Part shown: positions 18,905 through 27,337 of the stretch, in pieces
Numbering within the stretch: position 1 is the first letter of the stretch
How the letters are laid out: the number at the start of each line of letters is the position of its first letter
Origin: Candidatus Omnitrophota bacterium
GTDB taxonomy: Bacteria; Omnitrophota; Gorgyraeia; 2-01-FULL-45-10
DNA length: 64,000 bases
Reading direction: 5' to 3'
Assembly (NCBI GenBank): GCA_041648975.1
Contig: JBAZNZ010000002.1
Span: 8,222 to 72,221 of the forward strand
The notes under the pieces: generated by a model
Databases searched by the model: none
What the model saw: the letters and a program-made list of their open reading frames with translations, nothing else
Told to the model about the DNA's origin: nothing
Translations under genes and position numbers: made by a program

Positions 18905-19155
18905 CTAACCTAAGCTTAGTTATGTGAGCACTGAAAATATTTCCCCTACGCTCTAACTACGGGGTCGGTCTTTGTTCAGTCGAAAAACGGGAGCCTGCGG
19001 CAACTCGGCCGGCGTCCCGCCTTCGGCGGGACGATAATCCGGCCTCGAACAGCCTTGGCTCTTTTAATATCAAAACATTGTTATATATAACCGTTTTTCT
19101 TCTTCACAAAGACCTAATATTTTCAATGTGCTCATCATAACGTCGGCTTAGGTTA
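18905..19155. mobile_element. MITE-like rod-shaped palindromic element, copy 1 (251 bp, 38-bp imperfect terminal inverted repeat)
   Basis: Terminal repeats TAACCTAAGCttagTTATGtGAGCACtGAAAATAT and ATATTTTCaaTGTGCTCATcATAAcgtcgGCTTAGGTTA. Nested internal complementarity ggtctttgt/acaaagacc, gaaaaacgg/ccgtttttc, ggccgg/ccggcc. Apex hairpin GTCCCGCCttcgGCGGGAC. Confidence 0.7.
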
Positions 19156-19425
19156 TCCAGCCTGCTGTAGCAAGAAAATTTTTTTACACACTCAGGTGGC
19201 AGAACTTTTGGGCGATTGCCGAAGCGAATGTCGTAAAATTTCGATACCTATTGGCGATATAGCAAGGACTCGCAAACCTGTCAACAGCATGCCCTCAGTC
19301 CGGGTTACGAGGCCATCGAAATTTTACCACAGCAAATTTACATGCCTAATGTAAATTTGCGGCGAGCGGAGGCAACGCCCGAAAGTTCACGCCGGACTGG
19401 GGTTGGGAGAAAAATTTTACGCGGA

Positions 19426-20937
19426 TTATTTCTTGCGGGTCTTCTCGGTTACGTAGAACTGCATATACTTGCCCAGCATCAGGCGCGTCTGCGCGTCCAC
19501 CGCGGGAGTCGAGCCGAGGACGGCCACGAAGAGCGGCGCGAAGAACCACTGGATTATCATGATGAGCCTCTTTTCGGGCTTCACATCCTTAGGCCGGGGA
19601 GGCAGCAACCTTATCGTTATGAATATGCAGACAAAGATCGTAAAGAGCGACACTCTGAAGAGCGCGGCAGAGACGCTGGGAAGGTTATATCCAATCGCCG
19701 TCTGCCTGAAAAGCCCGCCCCCGAAGATCAGCGGGAGCGGCGCTATGAACGTTATGATTATAGCCCATATCGCCCACGTATAGTGGCTCTCGAGGATATT
19801 GAACGCGCGCCTTATCTTCTTTATCAAGGGTATCTTCTTGTTATCCATAAAGCCCATCATCACATAAGGGAAATTCTCGACGCCCCATGCCCAGCGCCGT
19901 TTTTGTTTATACTGTTTTATTATGGTAGGCACTATGCCTTTCGCGGTAGCCACATCCATCGATACCGTCACGTATAGAGGTATAACGGAATAATCCCCGT
20001 CAAAATACAGGAAGCACTTCCAGTAAATCACCGAATCATCGGATATCATATCGACCGGCCAATACCCGACGTCAACCAATGTCTTGAAGCTCATGCTGTG
20101 GCTTGAAAAAGTGACGAACTTCTCCAGCCTCATAGTCTCTATCATCTGCATAAAACTCGATCCGAGCTCAAGGATGCGCGCTATCGACCGGGCATGCCAG
20201 ATATTATTGTTGTAAACCGGTATCGGCTGGTAGCTCGAACGCGTCCTGTCGGGGTTGACAAGGTAATGATAAGTAAGGCATCCGAAATATTCTTTCTCCA
20301 CGCACGTATCGGCGTCAAAACAGGATATTATGACATTCTCATAACCTATATTTTTGGAGTCCAGATAATCCTTAAGCGCCCTGGCGCCCCATGACGCGTT
20401 AGCGCCTTTGACCTTAACCTCGCCCGGTATATTATCGGGGTGTCTTGTTACCAGGAATCCCAAAAAGACGTCTTTATACTTATCCTTCAACAAAACGGCA
20501 TTATCCCATACCTCCTGGCCGGCCCTTTCCTCTATGCTCAATACCACGGTCATCCTCTCTTTGGGATAATTTGCTTTCTCGAGCGCCGATATGGACGCCG
20601 TCAATATATCCGGCCCTTCTTTATATGCCGGAAAGAGGATTGCCTGATAAATACTATTATATTCTATCCCGTTCACCTTCTGTATGTTATTGCACTGGCC
20701 GATCCAGTCTATCTTCTTCTCTTTTTCCATCCTGCGGTACGCGAAGACCAGTAGCGTTGTCAGATAACATACCCTTATGACCCAGTACAGGTCGAACGTG
20801 ATGACGAAGATGGCCACCCACACAGGCCTTACGAAAGCAAGCGCAAACAGGGTAATGAGCGTCGTCCATGTCAACAAACCAGGTATTATCTCGAAGAGGC
20901 GCTTATAAAACTTATCGTTTCTCATCCTGGGTCTCAT
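19426..20937 (-). CDS. Membrane-embedded processive family-2 glycosyltransferase (cellulose/chitin/hyaluronan-synthase-like)
   Basis: 503 aa. N- and C-terminal TM helices. DxD motif in ISCFDADTC. QxxRW motif QKRRWAWG, characteristic of processive beta-glycan synthases. Confidence 0.75.
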   Translation of the reverse strand: MRPRMRNDKFYKRLFEIIPGLLTWTTLITLFALAFVRPVWVAIFVITFDLYWVIRVCYLTTLLVFAYRRMEKEKKIDWIGQCNNIQKVNGIEYNSIYQAILFPAYKEGPDILTASISALEKANYPKERMTVVLSIEERAGQEVWDNAVLLKDKYKDVFLGFLVTRHPDNIPGEVKVKGANASWGARALKDYLDSKNIGYENVIISCFDADTCVEKEYFGCLTYHYLVNPDRTRSSYQPIPVYNNNIWHARSIARILELGSSFMQMIETMRLEKFVTFSSHSMSFKTLVDVGYWPVDMISDDSVIYWKCFLYFDGDYSVIPLYVTVSMDVATAKGIVPTIIKQYKQKRRWAWGVENFPYVMMGFMDNKKIPLIKKIRRAFNILESHYTWAIWAIIITFIAPLPLIFGGGLFRQTAIGYNLPSVSAALFRVSLFTIFVCIFITIRLLPPRPKDVKPEKRLIMIIQWFFAPLFVAVLGSTPAVDAQTRLMLGKYMQFYVTEKTRKK

Positions 20938-21874
20938 CTTCCTTTTTCATTAAGAACTGCTTCAAGGAATCCAGAAACGTCTGCCGCAGGTCAAGCCTGT
21001 AAAGATGGCTCTTACCTGAATCTTTGCTTATATCCGTAAAATAAAGGGAGTCGGCGCTTCTGTCATAAAAAAGTCCCTGGGGCCTTTTATTGAATTTATA
21101 AAGCGTTATTATATTACGTTTCTCTCCGCCCCTGAGTTCTACCACCTTTATATCGCTTTCGGTGATCACTATAATATATCCGGAGCCGGAATACCAGAAG
21201 ACGTCCCTGATCGGTTCTGTCGTGGTCATGACCTCTTCGACGCGCGCGGCGTCGCTTCCCTTTCCGTAGAGCGTCTTGTCCAGGTCAAGGTATACGACCG
21301 AAATAGCCCTTTCTGTATAATACAGGAATTTGTCGCTGTCAGGAGAGAATTTTTTTGCTATTATCCTGTCCGGCCAGTTTGAATACCGGGATATCCTGCT
21401 TGAAACGGTCCCGTCGATGCTCGATTTGAAGAGCCCTTTACCGTTCATATAATAGATATTGTTCTTGTCATACGCGACAAAATTGAATGTCTCGCGGTTA
21501 CCTACCTTCTTTACATCCTGCGTGACCGGGAAGAGGACTATCCTGTCCGCCTTGGTCACCATATTAGGCCTTACCGCAAGCTCTCTTTCCCACGGATAAA
21601 AATCTTCCCGCCTTACCTCTACACGGTAATTGCCGGGCTTCAGCTCTTCCACCTGGGTAGGGGTAAGGGACGGGTGAAGTTTGCCGTTAACATATACGGA
21701 AGCGCCCGCAGGATGGCTATTAATATAAAGTATACCGGTCTTATATACTTTAAGCGCGTTGTAATCTATGTGATAGCCCAGCGAATACGATAATAATATA
21801 GGAAGCGTCACAAAAAACAGGACGACCGACAGGTAAAACGCCACCATCCTCTTCAATCTGTCGCTTTTTTTCAC
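20912..21874 (-). CDS. PEGA-domain membrane-anchored protein
   Basis: N-terminal TM helix, then PEGA-type segment GASVYVNGKLHPSLTPTQVEELKPGNYRVEVRREDFYPWERELAV. 3' end overlaps the GT2 gene by 26 bp. Confidence 0.6.
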   Translation of the reverse strand: MKKSDRLKRMVAFYLSVVLFFVTLPILLSYSLGYHIDYNALKVYKTGILYINSHPAGASVYVNGKLHPSLTPTQVEELKPGNYRVEVRREDFYPWERELAVRPNMVTKADRIVLFPVTQDVKKVGNRETFNFVAYDKNNIYYMNGKGLFKSSIDGTVSSRISRYSNWPDRIIAKKFSPDSDKFLYYTERAISVVYLDLDKTLYGKGSDAARVEEVMTTTEPIRDVFWYSGSGYIIVITESDIKVVELRGGEKRNIITLYKFNKRPQGLFYDRSADSLYFTDISKDSGKSHLYRLDLRQTFLDSLKQFLMKKEDETQDEKR

Positions 21875-22948
21875 CTAAGCACCTTCTTCCCCCTGCTTAT
21901 CCTTCCTTTGAAGGTGCAGGGTGGATATCCTGAGTTGGCCGCATCCGGCGTCTATATCTTCGCCTCTCGATTTGCGGTGAGTGGCATTTATGCCGTTTTG
22001 TTTCAATATATTGACAAAATCTTTCGCTTCCCTGCCCGAAGGCTGGCCGATCCCCGCCGCCGTCCGGTTATGAGATATGGTGTTCACCTTGCACTTAACT
22101 CCCTTTAACAATTTTGCGAGGCTGAGGGCATCCTGCGCGGAGCTGTTGACGTCTTTTATCAGAACATATTCAAACGTGATGACCCGGCCCGTCTTTTCGA
22201 TGTAATCCACGCAAGCCCTCATGAGGTCTTTTAACGGATATTTTTTATTAACTGGCACGAGCTTCGACCTCACACTGTCATCGGCTGAATGCAGGGAGAC
22301 TGAGAGCTCTACTTGAAGTCCCTCGCCCTTCAGCCTTTCTATCCCCGGGATTATCCCGCAGGTCGATATGGTCATCCTCCTTGCCCCTATGTTGAAAGCG
22401 ACCTTGTCGTTAAAGACCCTGATCGAGCTCATCACATTATCAAAATTATCCATGGGTTCGCCTATGCCCATGAATACGAGATTCGTGATCGGAGGATCGG
22501 GGTTCTTCTCTCTCAAAAATATTACTTCGTCGAGTATCTCCGATTGCGCAAGGTTACGTATAAAACCCAGGCCGGCGCTGGCGCAAAAACTGCAGCCGTA
22601 TTTGCAGCCGACTTGCGATGACAGGCAGGCTGTGGCCCTATTACCGTCCGGTAAAAACACCGTCTCTATCGTGTTTCCATCGTCAAGTTTCAGCAGATAT
22701 TTTGTAGTGCCATCCAGCGAAGAACGTCTCGAGTCCGCCATCGCGGGATGCGTTATACGGAACTCCTCTTTCAGCCACTTGCGCAAGGCTTCCGGCATAT
22801 CGGTCATCCCGTCGAAAGACTTCACGCCCGTTATATATAGATGCCTGAATATCTGGTTAGCCCTGTAAGGCTCCGCAGCCATTTTTTTTAACCTGGCCGC
22901 AAGCTCAGCCTTAGACAGGTCTTTTATATTTTCACGTATTTTATCCAT
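21875..22948 (-). CDS. rlmN: 23S rRNA m2A2503 methyltransferase (radical SAM)
   Basis: Radical-SAM motif CSSQVGCKYGCSFCASAG plus the conserved RlmN C-terminal cysteines. 357 aa. Confidence 0.85.
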   Translation of the reverse strand: MDKIRENIKDLSKAELAARLKKMAAEPYRANQIFRHLYITGVKSFDGMTDMPEALRKWLKEEFRITHPAMADSRRSSLDGTTKYLLKLDDGNTIETVFLPDGNRATACLSSQVGCKYGCSFCASAGLGFIRNLAQSEILDEVIFLREKNPDPPITNLVFMGIGEPMDNFDNVMSSIRVFNDKVAFNIGARRMTISTCGIIPGIERLKGEGLQVELSVSLHSADDSVRSKLVPVNKKYPLKDLMRACVDYIEKTGRVITFEYVLIKDVNSSAQDALSLAKLLKGVKCKVNTISHNRTAAGIGQPSGREAKDFVNILKQNGINATHRKSRGEDIDAGCGQLRISTLHLQRKDKQGEEGA

Positions 22949-23082
22949 GGATTAAGCGTTGATTGCGAAGGCGGACAAGAAAACATCTTGAATAATCTTT
23001 TATTTTAGTATAAAATCTGACGGAAGGCAAGGCTTTTAGTCATATGATATGATATACCGGATCCGTAAACGAGGCCCGATCG

Positions 23083-23490
23083 ATGGGTAAGGTAACGCTC
23101 AAGGTCTTTCTTTTAATAGTAATGACGGACATCAATGAGTCCATTGCCCAGCTCTTCCTCAAAAAAGGTCTTGTTAATACCGGCGTTACGTCTGTAACGT
23201 TCCAGAACATGGCCGAATTCTTCTTAAAGGTATTCTCTTCTCCCCTTGTGTGGCTCGGCATACTGGTATTCCTTGTCAATTTATTGCTATGGTTGACCGT
23301 ATTATCCCGCGTGGACCTTAGCGTAGCCTCTCCGGTCGGGAGCACAAGCTATATATTCGTTCCTATCCTGGCGGTATGCTTCCTCCACGAGACGATAAAC
23401 CCCCTGCGTTGGGCCGGCATCGTATTGATAATAGCCGGGATCCATTTCGTATCCAGGAGCACTCACACGAAAGAAGACGGCGGTACATGA
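23083..23490 (+). CDS. SMR/EamA-like 4-TM half-transporter (ArnE/ArnF-like subunit 1)
   Basis: 135-aa, four-helix small membrane protein. Confidence 0.55.
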   Translation: MGKVTLKVFLLIVMTDINESIAQLFLKKGLVNTGVTSVTFQNMAEFFLKVFSSPLVWLGILVFLVNLLLWLTVLSRVDLSVASPVGSTSYIFVPILAVCFLHETINPLRWAGIVLIIAGIHFVSRSTHTKEDGGT

Positions 23491-23864
23491 TCAAGTTGAA
23501 GATAGTTATGCTGATATTGCTCGCGGAATTTTGGGGAGTCGCAGGGCAGATATTCTACAAGAAGAGCGTAAACTCCATAGAGACGCCTAATCTGCGCGAT
23601 ATTAAATCCTATGTAAAATTTCTCAAGAGTGTGCTGGCCGCGCCCGCTACGTGGATAGGTTTTTCTTTTATAACGGTCGGCTTCCTCGTATGGTTCCTGG
23701 TCCTGGCGCAGGCCGACCTCAGCCTTGCCTTCCCTATTGACAGCATGCAGTATGTGCTCACCCTGGTAGCCGCCCATATCTTCCTGGGGGAGAAAGTGAA
23801 CCGCCTCAAGCTTACAGGCACCATACTCGTCATGGGCGGGATATTGCTGGTCGCTATAAGCTGA
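23487..23864 (+). CDS. SMR/EamA-like 4-TM half-transporter (subunit 2)
   Basis: Start MIKLKIV overlaps the previous stop in an ATGA arrangement. 125 aa, four TM helices. The track ORF 23376..23864 contains it with a later true start. Confidence 0.5.
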   Translation: MIKLKIVMLILLAEFWGVAGQIFYKKSVNSIETPNLRDIKSYVKFLKSVLAAPATWIGFSFITVGFLVWFLVLAQADLSLAFPIDSMQYVLTLVAAHIFLGEKVNRLKLTGTILVMGGILLVAIS

Positions 23865-23879
23865 GGGCTTTCCAGACCT

Positions 23880-25196
23880 TCACCTTGCATAACGATCATC
23901 GATTATGCGAAGGAGTTTATGCTTGCCGGCCCTTAGAGTCGACGGCGGGTGGCAGGCAAACGCTATTTCGAATATGGCTATAGAATAATTTTTCCATAAG
24001 TCCGGGTAACGGTTCTTTATATTTTCCAATATCCTGGCTTCCGTCGCCTCCCTGAAAAAGCCATCCCTCAATTCGATATTAAATTCCATTATCTCTTTTA
24101 TTCCGCGCAGCTTGAATACTATCTGCCAGTCGCTCGTCAGGCCATCTATGTCTTTTAGTATCTCTTCAAACATCAGCGGGTAGAGATTGCCGCCGGAGGC
24201 CACTATCAACTCATCCGACCTGCCGCGCATCTTCTCAAGCCTCCTGTACGGCATACCGCAGGCACAGGGTTCTTCCATTATCCTGCTTATATCCCCGTTC
24301 CTGTACCTGATAAGCGGCATCGTAGCGCGCCCCAAAGTCGTAAACGTGACCTCGCCGTATCCGTCTTTATCCGGTTCGGCTATCTCAACCATGAAATCAT
24401 CCTCGTCGATGTGGTACCCGCCGCACTCAGGCGTCACCTCTCCGCCTATTATCCCGCCGGATTCGACGGACGCGTATACCATCTTCACCTTCGCTCCCTT
24501 CCATACTTTCTCCATCCAGGGCCTTGCCGCGTCAGGCATCTCTTCGGCGCCTCCTATAATGAGCTTCAGGGGGTAAGCGCCTTCCTTCTCCGCTATCTCG
24601 GTCAGTTTGATAAGCCACGTAGGCTCACCCAGGACGACATTTATATTGTAGATGGGGATCCTCTTGTAAACCTCCATGGGGTCGACCTTGCCTGCCGCAA
24701 GCGCGAAGATGCGCGACTTCTCGATCCCCTTCTGCGTCACCATGCCCGGTATCCATATGCAAAAGTCAAACGCGTTGACGAGGCGGTCTGTCGGCTTCAG
24801 CCCCCATAAAAAGAACCCGGCCGCGTTGAACCTGCCAATATGGTCGAGCTCCGCCTGCGTCAGATATATACGCTTATTCCTGCCTGTCGTGCCGGACGAT
24901 TCGAAGACGGCCTCCGGCTTGCCGCAAATGAAATCTTCGGCCCTTTCCATTATATCTATTGGAGTCGTGTAGAAATCTCCCAGGTCCGATGGCTTATTTA
25001 TTTTGCGGGGGTTAATCTTGAGGGAATCGAACTTTTCTCTGTAGAATCTCGAATTCCTGTAGGTGTACCTTACGATATGCTTGAATGACGCGTCCCGCTT
25101 CCAGTGAACGAGACGGCGTGGCGCTGCCTTTATAAAATTACTCAGGACTCTCGGAGGTGTGATCGAAACGATCTTATCCGCTATAGTCGAGAGCAT
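23880..25196 (-). CDS. PaaK-like adenylate-forming enzyme (phenylacetate-CoA ligase / F390 synthetase / CapK family)
   Basis: 438 aa. AMP-binding motif FESSGTTGRNKRIY, C-terminal small domain. Architecture is that of the PaaK family, not long-chain acyl-CoA synthetases. Confidence 0.7.
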   Translation of the reverse strand: MLSTIADKIVSITPPRVLSNFIKAAPRRLVHWKRDASFKHIVRYTYRNSRFYREKFDSLKINPRKINKPSDLGDFYTTPIDIMERAEDFICGKPEAVFESSGTTGRNKRIYLTQAELDHIGRFNAAGFFLWGLKPTDRLVNAFDFCIWIPGMVTQKGIEKSRIFALAAGKVDPMEVYKRIPIYNINVVLGEPTWLIKLTEIAEKEGAYPLKLIIGGAEEMPDAARPWMEKVWKGAKVKMVYASVESGGIIGGEVTPECGGYHIDEDDFMVEIAEPDKDGYGEVTFTTLGRATMPLIRYRNGDISRIMEEPCACGMPYRRLEKMRGRSDELIVASGGNLYPLMFEEILKDIDGLTSDWQIVFKLRGIKEIMEFNIELRDGFFREATEARILENIKNRYPDLWKNYSIAIFEIAFACHPPSTLRAGKHKLLRIIDDRYAR

Positions 25197-25204
25197 ATAT
25201 AGCC

Positions 25205-26623
25205 TTAAACCTTCTTCAGTGCTTTTTGCAGCGCTTCCTCGAACAGATCCACTCCAAGGTCGATCTCTTTTTGCGTAATATATAACGAAGGCGCCAGCGT
25301 AAAAACGTTCTTATAATAACCGCCCACGTCCAATATTAGCCCGCGCCTCTTGCCGCCGGCAGTCAGCCTCCCGCCCAGGCCTATCTGCTCTATCGCGTCC
25401 GTCAACTCCTTATTAGGCGTATACCCGTCCTTCTGGCACATCTCTATCCTGAGCGCCATACCCAGGCCGTCTACATCACCAATAACTTGCGGATACTTCT
25501 TCTGCAGGCTCTTCAGGCGCGACACGAAATATTTGCCTTTCTTCGGCACTTCTGCGGCAAAATCCGACTCCGACAGCAGTCTCATCACCTCTAAGCCTAA
25601 AGCAGTGCCCTGCGGATTTGAAGAGAACGTAGAATGGGTAGACCCCGGAGGAAAAGCCTTAGGAGATATCAGTTTCTCTTTGGCCCATATGCCGGATATC
25701 GGGTTCATGCCGTTGGTAAGAGCCTTGCCGAATACCACTATATCCGGAGTGACGTCGAAATTCTCAATTGCCCAAAACTTCCCGGTCCTGAAGAAGCCCA
25801 TCTGTATCTCATCGTCGACCATCAGAATCTTGTAATCATCGAGCACCTTCTTTAACCCCGGGAAATATTCGGCCGGAGGTATTGTATAACCGCCGGTCCC
25901 CTGGACCGCTTCAACGTAGAACGCGGCAAATTCGCATACGCGCGTCTTCTTATCGACTACCCCGTAATATTCTGATTCGAACAATTTCTCGAACTGTTTC
26001 AGGCAGTACATCTTGCACGTCTCTCTCTTCTGTCCGTAGAAACACCTGAAACAATAAGGGAAAGGTATGAATAGAGCCCTTTCCCCGAAATGGCCGTAAT
26101 ACTCCCTATATCTGAAACTGGATGTGATGGCGGACGCGCCGAGCGTCCTGCCGTGATATCCGCCCATGAACGCGAACATCAGGGATCTGCCGGAACTGCG
26201 CCTGACAAGCTTCAGGGAATCCTCAAGCGCCTGGGCGCCGCCCACATTGAAATGGACCCTGCCCTTCTCTTCAAATACGCGCTCCATCCTCTCCCCTATG
26301 CTTGCCGCAAGACGAATCTTCTCTTCATGGAGATACTGGCAGGCGAGCTGAGGAAGGCGGTCTATCTGCGCCCTGAGGGCGAGGTTGAAACGTTCGTTGC
26401 CGTATCCGAAATTCACCGCGGAGTAGATCATCTGTAGATCGAGGAACTCGACGCCCTCCCTGTCATATAGATAGCTGCCCTGAGCGCGCGCGAATATGTT
26501 GGGCTTGTCGACGTAATGGACCGTATCCCCCCATGAGCAATATTTCGCCTCCATCTTCAGAAGCTCGCCCTCGGTCATCCGCCTATCTGATATTAAGGCG
26601 TTAGTCTTTGATGTCCTGGTCAT
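25205..26623 (-). CDS. Class III (omega-type) PLP-dependent aminotransferase
   Basis: 472 aa. Catalytic lysine context VVFGKALTNG and an MVDDEIQMGFFRTGKFWA block. Confidence 0.75.
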   Translation of the reverse strand: MTRTSKTNALISDRRMTEGELLKMEAKYCSWGDTVHYVDKPNIFARAQGSYLYDREGVEFLDLQMIYSAVNFGYGNERFNLALRAQIDRLPQLACQYLHEEKIRLAASIGERMERVFEEKGRVHFNVGGAQALEDSLKLVRRSSGRSLMFAFMGGYHGRTLGASAITSSFRYREYYGHFGERALFIPFPYCFRCFYGQKRETCKMYCLKQFEKLFESEYYGVVDKKTRVCEFAAFYVEAVQGTGGYTIPPAEYFPGLKKVLDDYKILMVDDEIQMGFFRTGKFWAIENFDVTPDIVVFGKALTNGMNPISGIWAKEKLISPKAFPPGSTHSTFSSNPQGTALGLEVMRLLSESDFAAEVPKKGKYFVSRLKSLQKKYPQVIGDVDGLGMALRIEMCQKDGYTPNKELTDAIEQIGLGGRLTAGGKRRGLILDVGGYYKNVFTLAPSLYITQKEIDLGVDLFEEALQKALKKV

Positions 26624-27267
26624 GGCATTCTCCTTTTAAAATATTCATAAATGTCTTTCAGGTTCTTGAAAGGAACATGCGGCAGCTTCTCTTCGCTGAA
26701 ATGCTTCATCAGGTATCCTTTAGCGAAGACGATATCCGCCTCTTTGGACGCGCATACATCGGACAACCCGTCGCCTATATAAACCGAAACCGAGCCTTTT
26801 TTGAATTTTTTCACCAGCGTTGTCTTTTTGCAATGGGCGCAATCACCGCACCTTTTATTATTCAGCGGGAAAGACGGTATCAGCCTGTCTTTGGACATCC
26901 TTAACCTGTTTGAATAAACCGGCACATCTTTTATGCCGTTCTTGCGCAATACAGCGTTCAGGATATAATCAAAATTGTCGCTTACGATCATCGTCCTGAT
27001 CTTTTTTGAGTCGAAGAACTTGATCAGCTTGTTAAAATAAGGATCGATCTCAACGGTGCCTATATAGTCATCCAGGGCTTCTTTCGTTACCCTGACGCCC
27101 TCCATCTGCCCCTTTAGGCAATCCCTTGAGCCGATCTCCCCATTCTTCCACTTCTTCTCGAGCTCAACCCAACGGTCATCGCTGGAATACCGTTCAATGA
27201 GGCCGTCCAACACATCTTTTGTGGTGATAGTATTATCGAAATCGAAAAACACGGTAGGTTTATTCAT
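26620..27267 (-). CDS. HAD-IB family phosphatase (MtnX-like, with CxxxC cysteine pair)
   Basis: HAD motif I FFDFDNTIT. Cysteines CGDCAHC. Overlaps the aminotransferase start by 4 bp. Confidence 0.65.
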   Translation of the reverse strand: MNKPTVFFDFDNTITTKDVLDGLIERYSSDDRWVELEKKWKNGEIGSRDCLKGQMEGVRVTKEALDDYIGTVEIDPYFNKLIKFFDSKKIRTMIVSDNFDYILNAVLRKNGIKDVPVYSNRLRMSKDRLIPSFPLNNKRCGDCAHCKKTTLVKKFKKGSVSVYIGDGLSDVCASKEADIVFAKGYLMKHFSEEKLPHVPFKNLKDIYEYFKRRMP

Positions 27268-27337
27268 GGGATATAGTTTACACCAATTTATATCTTCTTA
27301 CAAGTTGAAACAGAAAAATATGCGGGAAAAATATGTA

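Noticed and set aside
18905-19155. MITE-like element as a tmRNA, 6S RNA or RNase P RNA gene
   Set aside because: Conserved tmRNA motifs (tag reading frame, GGUUCGA T-loop end) and RNase P P4 motifs were looked for and not found. Two near-identical copies with terminal inverted repeats fit a mobile element or palindromic element better.
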